This document shows positions 42,344 to 47,426 of a DNA stretch of 47,426 nt, in pieces. How positions within the stretch are numbered: position 1 is the first letter of the stretch; each line of letters starts with the position of its first letter. Under the pieces are notes generated by a model that had not been told where the DNA came from, did no database searches, and saw nothing but the letters and a program-made list of their open reading frames with translations. This DNA comes from a virus (Duplodnaviria; Caudoviricetes): positions 1-47,426 of the IMG/VR virus record IMGVR_UViG_3300032024_000059; one strand, 5' to 3'. Both the position numbers and the translations under genes were made by a program.

Positions 42344-42619
42344 TTACAGCGAAGCGAAAAACTTGACCATCCCGGCGGGAGACACCGACCACTCAGGGAT
42401 GCCGCAGTCAAGAGCGAGACCGTGCTTTTCCAGTGACGCGCGGTCCTTCATCAGGGTGGCGAGGTAATACTGGCCAGTGGTCGGCTGACCGTATCCCGTG
42501 TGGCCGTAGCGGGTGTCATAGAACGTCACCTTGTCACCGACCACCACCGCGTTGAACTTGATGTTGCCGACCGCGCCATCGACCACCGTGACCTTGGGGG
42601 TCTCGCCGACCGGCACCAA
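42344..42619 (-). CDS. hypothetical protein
   Basis: VTFYDTRY...GQ....YYL.TL...GL.L..G...W pattern; frame is open upstream to 42679, start uncertain. Confidence 0.55.
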   Translation of the reverse strand: MVPVGETPKVTVVDGAVGNIKFNAVVVGDKVTFYDTRYGHTGYGQPTTGQYYLATLMKDRASLEKHGLALDCGIPEWSVSPAGMVKFFASL

Positions 42620-42684
42620 CTGCCAGCAGTTGATTTCTTTTTGATTTAGTTCGCCGATTCTCCCAAGGGTGGCGGACAGTTACA

Positions 42685-42994
42685 CGTAAGCCGACTTGCC
42701 AGAAAAATCAGCACGAGTGGAATCAACGGCTTAGCTTTGCTGTTGGGACGGTAATCGTCCACGACCGCTCAGGAACGCAGAGGAAGGGACCACCTCCTAG
42801 ACCCCTCCAGATGAGGCGGAACCTCCACCCCGGCGACCACAGGACCCTCTGGGAGGTCTCCCCTCCCTCCTGAGCGGTGGGGTTCCGTCTGCCGGTCCAC
42901 ACCTTTCTACTGTGCGGTCCAGCGGGTCCGGTAATTCGACCCGTAATTCTAAGCCGTTGATGTTCCTTGAAAAGCCGATTTCTCGTAAGCCGAC
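42685..42994. promoter_or_regulatory. divergent control region with nested inverted repeats
   Basis: ATCAACGGCTTAG (42722-34)/CTAAGCCGTTGAT (42949-61); ACCGCTCAGGA (42764-74)/TCCTGAGCGGT (42868-78); strand-switch point. Confidence 0.6.
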
Positions 42995-43083
42995 CTTACG
43001 CCCAAGCCCCCGGACTCACTCGGGATTGCCCGTAGAGCATGCGAATCTGACGCAAAAATTAAATCCGGCGAACACCATATAGT

Positions 43084-43287
43084 ATGGGCACGATGATTCT
43101 GACGGCGACGATGTGGGCGACGGTGATGGAAGACTCCAAGCCGGTTCGTGTTCAGGCGCTGCCGGCTGGCACCGAACTCTGGTTTGTCAAGGAGTTTGCC
43201 GGTCAGTGGTTCTTCACGGCCCTCCTCGCCCGCAACAATGACGAAGACCTCACCCTCCTCTGCGTTGCCAACTCCAAGCCGGTCTGA
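43084..43287 (+). CDS. small protein, paralog 1
   Basis: LPAGTE...FFTALL...DL..LCVANSKPV. Confidence 0.7.
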   Translation: MGTMILTATMWATVMEDSKPVRVQALPAGTELWFVKEFAGQWFFTALLARNNDEDLTLLCVANSKPV

Positions 43288-43497
43288 AAGGATACGCACA
43301 TGATGACCACCAAGTCCCTCGTCTGCGTCGGAACCTGCGGCAACGTGACCAAGACCTTCCTCCTCCCCAAGGGGACGGAGATTGGCGAGGTGACGCAGGT
43401 GGGTGAGGAGTTCCACTTCACCGCACTCGTGGGTCACTTCCGTGACCTCGCCATCTGTGTTGCCACCACCAAGCCGGTCTGAAAGGATACGCACATG
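43274..43497 (+). repeat. 29-bp direct repeat x2 (43274-43302, 43469-43497) carrying stop, RBS and start
   Basis: CCAAGCCGGTCTGAAAGGATACGCACATG is identical in both copies. Confidence 0.9.
43300..43482 (+). CDS. small protein, paralog 2
   Basis: LPKGTE...FHFTALV...DL..CVATTKPV; AAAGGA RBS. Confidence 0.75.
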   Translation: MMTTKSLVCVGTCGNVTKTFLLPKGTEIGEVTQVGEEFHFTALVGHFRDLAICVATTKPV

Positions 43498-43815
43498 GAC
43501 ATCGTTCTGACGACCCCCGCTGAAGTTGACGTGATGAAGACCCTGGCGCAGTTCGTGGTTGACGCCGGGACCGACACTGAGGCGGAGGCCCGAGCCATGT
43601 TGGTCATCCTCGGAACGATGGTCTGCGAGGACTGCTCCAACCCTCATGTCCGTCACGCCCCTGATGGTGACAACGCCTCCATCGAGGTCTCCTCCTCCAT
43701 GCTCACGGACCTGCAGATGGTCGTGGAACTGGTGATGGAGGACTCCGATGAGGCCAAGTTCGATGAGGAGAAGGCGGAGGCGTTCGCCGACCTCGCGGAG
43801 CAGATTCTCAACTGA
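43495..43815 (+). CDS. acidic hypothetical protein
   Basis: AAAGGA RBS; very D/E-rich 106 aa. Confidence 0.7.
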   Translation: MDIVLTTPAEVDVMKTLAQFVVDAGTDTEAEARAMLVILGTMVCEDCSNPHVRHAPDGDNASIEVSSSMLTDLQMVVELVMEDSDEAKFDEEKAEAFADLAEQILN

Positions 43816-43825
43816 GGTCAGCAAC

Positions 43826-43854
43826 TTGACCGCTACCCGGTCCCGCCCTAGTGT
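43826..43854 (+). promoter_or_regulatory. sigma70-like promoter
   Basis: TTGACC-17 nt-TAGTGT upstream of the CAGGAG RBS. Confidence 0.45.
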
Positions 43855-43883
43855 CGGGACCTTCACTCATACAGGAGACCGCA

Positions 43884-44132
43884 ATGCCCTCGATGCTCAC
43901 CCGTATCCTTGCCGCGATTCTTGAAGCCGTTGACGCCACCCGGGATGACGGCGTCCCTGATGGTCCGCTCTACATGATGCTCCAGTCCCTCTTGGGTTCG
44001 GCGTGGTCGCTCGATGTCCACACCAAGGTCATCGCCGGGATGGTGATGGAGGGTCTGCTCACGAACACGCACGACGTGCTCAGGGTGACGGAGAAGGGTC
44101 GCAAGTTGCTCAAGGCTGGGGGTGTGTGGTGA
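43884..44132 (+). CDS. small winged-helix-like protein
   Basis: CAGGAG RBS; G.PDGPLY...L...GLL......VTEKG. Confidence 0.65.
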   Translation: MPSMLTRILAAILEAVDATRDDGVPDGPLYMMLQSLLGSAWSLDVHTKVIAGMVMEGLLTNTHDVLRVTEKGRKLLKAGGVW

Positions 44133-44515
44133 GTTCCTTCCACGCCGGGTTTGGGATGAGGACCCACGAGGGGAAACGGTACGCCAGGGTCCACCTCACC
44201 GCCGACCGTCCCCACTTCCACGTGAGCGCAGACCTCGCCGAGAAGTCTGACCTGCTGGCTGAAGTGTTCGCGTGGTTCCGCCGTCAGGAGCACGAGCTCG
44301 CTGTCAAGCGTGGTCTCGTGGTGGGGTGGAAGTATCGCGGGAGCACCACGCAGATTCACACGGTCTGCCCGAACTGCATCACGAGCACCACGGACGGGAG
44401 GGCATACCCGCTGTTTGCCCCGAGCCGGGAAGTCCCCAGTCTCACCACCGCCCGCCTTCACTGTGACGTGTGCGGTACTGACTTTGACGCTGACCTGTCT
44501 CGGAAGTGGTACTGA
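44129..44515 (+). CDS. hypothetical protein with CxxC...CxxC
   Basis: GTGA overlap; VCPNC and HCDVCG. Confidence 0.55.
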   Translation: MSSFHAGFGMRTHEGKRYARVHLTADRPHFHVSADLAEKSDLLAEVFAWFRRQEHELAVKRGLVVGWKYRGSTTQIHTVCPNCITSTTDGRAYPLFAPSREVPSLTTARLHCDVCGTDFDADLSRKWY

Positions 44516-44537
44516 CCCGTCTCAAGCGAGGTTGGAC

Positions 44538-44759
44538 ATGTGGCGACTGCTGGGAGTCTTGGCGTTGACGGCGTGTGGTGGGGTCTCGAACCGGGATGGA
44601 GTTCCGTGCTCCGGCGAGCGCCTCCCCATCACGTGTGACTGCGTGGTCTCCTGCGTCGCCACTCGTGATGACGTGCAGGTCACCTACTTCGATGACGAGG
44701 GGTGTTCACCCCTCTGCCGGGGCGAGGGTGGGGTGCTCCTCTTCACCGTGGTGAAGTGA
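44538..44759 (+). CDS. small Cys-rich lipoprotein
   Basis: GAGG RBS; MWRLLGVLALTA-C lipobox. Confidence 0.65.
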   Translation: MWRLLGVLALTACGGVSNRDGVPCSGERLPITCDCVVSCVATRDDVQVTYFDDEGCSPLCRGEGGVLLFTVVK

Positions 44760-45627
44760 GGGCGTCCACCTTCGCAATCCGCTGGCCAATCCACCTCATC
44801 ACGGGAACGGCCATCGAGTTCCCCAACGCTTCCCACCTGCTCCCAAGACTGGACCCTGGCGTGTCCGTGTAGTGGTCTGGGAATCCCTGCACTCGCTCCG
44901 CCTCCACCGCTGTGAGGCGTCGAGCCCGGCCACCATCCACCACGAGGTTCTCTGTGTAGACACGGCCGGACTGCTGCCCGGTCATCAGGGTTTTGGCGAC
45001 TGCCTCACACACGCGAGGAGTCCCGTCAGGAGCCAGTCCGGCACGTGGTGCCCATTCTTCTGAGCTCGCCGCAACATCCCTGACGCGGCCTTCTGGCTCA
45101 AAAAGAACTGCTCCGGCACTGGCGCTGGAACCAAGGCGTCCAACAAGAAAGACACGGCGACGTGCTTGGGGGACTCCAAAGTATCGAGCATCCAACACTC
45201 TCCACGCGAGACCATACCCGATGTCTGCCAACGCCCCGAGTATGGAGCCAAAGTCCCGTCCTCCGTTCGAGTCGAGGGCGCCGGAGACGTTTTCCCACAG
45301 TACCCACGGAGGACGAAGAGCGTCAGCCACTCTGCAGTATTCAAGGGCGAGGTTACTGCGCTCGTCAGCAAGTCCAAGTCTGAGACCAGCGGAGGAGAAT
45401 GCTTGGCATGGGGTTCCTCCAACAAGGAGTCCGATGCTGCGGTCTTCTCCAACAAGGCGAAGAGCGAGGCCTGAGAGGGTGCCATGGTTGCGGACCTTTG
45501 GGTAGTGATGGGCAAGCAGCGAAGAGGGGAAGGGACCAATCTCTGAGAACCACGCCGGCGTCCACCCGAGTGGGTGCCACGCTACGGTGGCCGCTTCAAT
45601 CCCGGAACAGACGGACCCGTACCTCAC
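44743..45627 (-). CDS. DNA (cytosine-5)-methyltransferase
   Basis: SVCSGIEA (I), GGTPCQ (IV), ENV (VI), QARRRVF (VIII), RRLT..E.ER.QGFP (IX), LGNS (X). Confidence 0.92.
   Translation of the reverse strand: MRYGSVCSGIEAATVAWHPLGWTPAWFSEIGPFPSSLLAHHYPKVRNHGTLSGLALRLVGEDRSIGLLVGGTPCQAFSSAGLRLGLADERSNLALEYCRVADALRPPWVLWENVSGALDSNGGRDFGSILGALADIGYGLAWRVLDARYFGVPQARRRVFLVGRLGSSASAGAVLFEPEGRVRDVAASSEEWAPRAGLAPDGTPRVCEAVAKTLMTGQQSGRVYTENLVVDGGRARRLTAVEAERVQGFPDHYTDTPGSSLGSRWEALGNSMAVPVMRWIGQRIAKVDALTSPR
44985..45485 (-). CDS. nested alternative-frame MTase partner polypeptide (M.EcoHK31I beta-like)
   Basis: fully inside the MTase gene, same strand, different frame; W..SGM...GECW.L...ESP......L...L....P..F.LS..A..G.LRRA. 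Confidence 0.7.
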   Translation of the reverse strand: MAPSQASLFALLEKTAASDSLLEEPHAKHSPPLVSDLDLLTSAVTSPLNTAEWLTLFVLRGYCGKTSPAPSTRTEDGTLAPYSGRWQTSGMVSRGECWMLDTLESPKHVAVSFLLDALVPAPVPEQFFLSQKAASGMLRRAQKNGHHVPDWLLTGLLACVRQSPKP

Positions 45628-46142
45628 CGCTTCATCCTGCTCACGAAGTAGTCAAGCCCTTCCTTCATCACCGTACGCCTCGCCTCATCATCAGGGGCGG
45701 AGTCAGCGGCCTCACCCCACGCCTTGAACTCCGCCCACATGAGGACGGGTTCCCACCTGCCGAAGCGGTTGAAGCAGTGAGACCACGCTCGCTGAGTCAT
45801 CGCCACCACGATGGAGCAACCCATCTGGGGAAGGTTGACGGCGAACCACGCATGGTGAGAGGTGAGCAGCTCCTCATCAGAACGGAGCGTCTCCGTGGTG
45901 CTCTGCTCCGGGCTTGTACTCCCGGAGGAACCGGATGAACGCCGGGAGTTTGTAGTAGCCGAACTTCCCCTTGCGGATGCACCTGCGACGGACGAGGAAG
46001 GAGGCGAGCTCGCCGGCCCCGTCTCGGGAGATGTTGGCGAAGTCTTGGAGGTCGGCGACGGTGAAGCTGGGGGCGTCGTTGAGAAGTCCCCTAAAGTCAG
46101 CTGGGAGTCTGTCGAGTTGGTCTTGGACGGCTTTCGGCTCAT
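45624..46142 (-). CDS. hypothetical protein overprinted on the MCM 3' end
   Basis: GGAG 10 nt before ATG 46142; S/P/T-rich N-terminus; rare codons in the overlapping MCM frame; GTGA coupling to the MTase. Confidence 0.55.
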   Translation of the reverse strand: MSRKPSKTNSTDSQLTLGDFSTTPPASPSPTSKTSPTSPETGPASSPPSSSVAGASARGSSATTNSRRSSGSSGSTSPEQSTTETLRSDEELLTSHHAWFAVNLPQMGCSIVVAMTQRAWSHCFNRFGRWEPVLMWAEFKAWGEAADSAPDDEARRTVMKEGLDYFVSRMKR

Positions 46143-47154
46143 TGAGGGTGCTCTCCGATATCTTCGCTTGACTGTACAGGTCGAACGCCATGCTGGGCTT
46201 GTTGAACACCCGGATGAGGAAGTCTGTCACGAACTCCACGTGCTCCTCCGTGACGTACACGCTCTGCCCGTCCTCCGTGGTGCTGAACACTCGGGCCGCG
46301 GCAGCGACTGAGAGACGTGCCATCTTGATGCGCTGCTCTGCTCCCTCCACGAGAGGGGCGACGTAGCGCCGGCTGATTTCAGTGGCGTCCCGGAGGACCC
46401 TGTCCTGCGCTCCGGGTGCCCACTTGACTTGGTCAGGCTTCCGAGACCAAGCCCAGTACACCAGAGCTCGGCACGCCTCGGTGGTGTACACGTGGGGGAC
46501 GGGTTCCCGTGAGCTCACGTTGATGACGCTGAGAGGGACCTCCCCCAGTGCCACGGTCATCGCGGCATCAAAGCGGGCGATGTCCTCCGGGTGACCAATC
46601 AAGTCCTCGATGGCGGAGATGCCGGAGGTGAAGGCGGCGATGGGTCGCTTCCCCCGGGGGTTGGACATCCAGAGCAGGCGGACCCGGGCGAGGGTCTTCT
46701 CTGTCTGAATCTTGGTTATCTCAGCCACGCCCTGCGAGCGGATGCCAGACATCTTGGCGATGGCTTCCTGTGGGAGTCCGCTGAGTTCATCGATGACGAG
46801 CATGCGTCTGTCGTTGAGCGGGAGCTTCCCCCACGTGATGGACCATGTCTTCTGGGTCTGCTGGAGTCCGCCGACCAACCCCGCGTAGGTGGCACTCTCG
46901 CCTGTCACGAGTTCACCGCAACGGTAGTGCTCCATCAGCTTGGACACGGTCTCTGACTTGCCACAGCGAGTGTCGCCGACCACCAACCCCTCAACCCAGC
47001 CCTTGCGAACGAGGTCACCACCGAACTCGAACTTGAGGACGCTGTGCGCGACAAGGTCAAACAGCGTCATCAGGTCCCGGCGCTGGTAAATCTTGGTCAC
47101 GTTCGATTCGAGGTCCCTGTGTATCGCTTCGAACTTCGCTTGTACGCTGTTCAT
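45877..47154 (-). CDS. MCM-type AAA+ replicative helicase domain
   Basis: VGDTRCGKS (Walker A), SATYAGL, IDEL (Walker B), SNP, RFD arginine finger; start MNSVQAK at ATG 47154. Confidence 0.9.
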   Translation of the reverse strand: MNSVQAKFEAIHRDLESNVTKIYQRRDLMTLFDLVAHSVLKFEFGGDLVRKGWVEGLVVGDTRCGKSETVSKLMEHYRCGELVTGESATYAGLVGGLQQTQKTWSITWGKLPLNDRRMLVIDELSGLPQEAIAKMSGIRSQGVAEITKIQTEKTLARVRLLWMSNPRGKRPIAAFTSGISAIEDLIGHPEDIARFDAAMTVALGEVPLSVINVSSREPVPHVYTTEACRALVYWAWSRKPDQVKWAPGAQDRVLRDATEISRRYVAPLVEGAEQRIKMARLSVAAAARVFSTTEDGQSVYVTEEHVEFVTDFLIRVFNKPSMAFDLYSQAKISESTLNEPKAVQDQLDRLPADFRGLLNDAPSFTVADLQDFANISRDGAGELASFLVRRRCIRKGKFGYYKLPAFIRFLREYKPGAEHHGDAPF

Positions 47155-47372
47155 CCCGTTCCCTCTTCTTCTTGTCGTAGTGTCGCTTGGATGCCGCCCG
47201 CATCTTCTCTCGATTGGCGGCAGCGTACTTGGTGAAATAGTCCGGGTTCTTTTCGAGGAAGGTCGCCATGGCGAGCTCCTTCGCAGACGGGTCCTTGAGC
47301 TTCGCTCGCTCCCTCCAGTACGCGCGGACGGACTCGGGGTCAGTCCAGTCAACCTTGCCGTCTACAGACAGG
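47057..47372 (-). CDS. 3' part of the junction-spanning Cys-rich protein
   Basis: in-frame continuation of 240..29; basic helix KYAAANREKMRAASKRHYDKKK. Confidence 0.7.
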
Positions 47373-47426
47373 CGCCCCTTCCCGTGGACGTGCTTCTCCT
47401 TACAGGTCGCGCAGTCCTTCTTGGGG
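47373..47426. repeat. 54-bp terminal overlap, copy 2
   Basis: identical to 29-82. Confidence 0.95.

Noticed and set aside
42620-43083. attP / lysogeny module
   Set aside because: No integrase, excisionase, ParA or CI-like repressor was recognised anywhere in the genome.
43274-43497. CRISPR mini-array
   Set aside because: Only two repeats, a 166-bp spacer that is a gene, and no cas genes.
47057-47426. Group I intron or intein joining primase and MCM
   Set aside because: No recognisable catalytic core or intein motifs, the insert is entirely coding, and MCM has its own ATG; only RT-PCR could fully exclude splicing.

Overview
The window is an essentially complete, circularly permuted genome of a high-GC tailed dsDNA phage with siphovirus-like gene content. 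Bases 29-82 are repeated exactly at 47373-47426, and an ORF reads through that junction, giving a circle of about 47,344 bp; bases 1-28 do not fit the circle. Almost all genes are on the minus strand. One half (about 6.1-28.9 kb) is a morphogenesis/lysis module: TerS, TerL, portal, head morphogenesis, scaffold, capsid, a cassette of signal-peptide proteins, neck/tail genes with a -1 frameshifted chaperone, tape measure, tail tip, NlpC/P60 lysin and holin-like protein. The other half is replication/modification: SNF2 helicase, SSB-like protein, primase and MCM helicase split by an inserted gene, family A polymerase, beta clamp, PD-(D/E)xK nuclease, Nudix, SLOG, MazG, a 7-deazaguanine (queD-queE-folE-queC-dpdA) DNA-modification cluster and a C5 methyltransferase with a nested alternative-frame gene. 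A short plus-strand cluster lies at 43.1-44.8 kb. No integrase or repressor was recognised. The most unusual signals are (i) four degenerate tRNA-like elements in intergenic spaces on the coding strand (two lack the D arm, two lack both D and anticodon arms), three abutting the next gene's RBS or start codon, and (ii) two copies of a ~120-bp inverted-repeat element that bracket the morphogenesis module. Also notable are (iii) the split primase-MCM, (iv) candidate clamp-binding motifs on modification proteins, and (v) apparent strong GATC avoidance. All calls come from reading motifs by eye; no searches were run.
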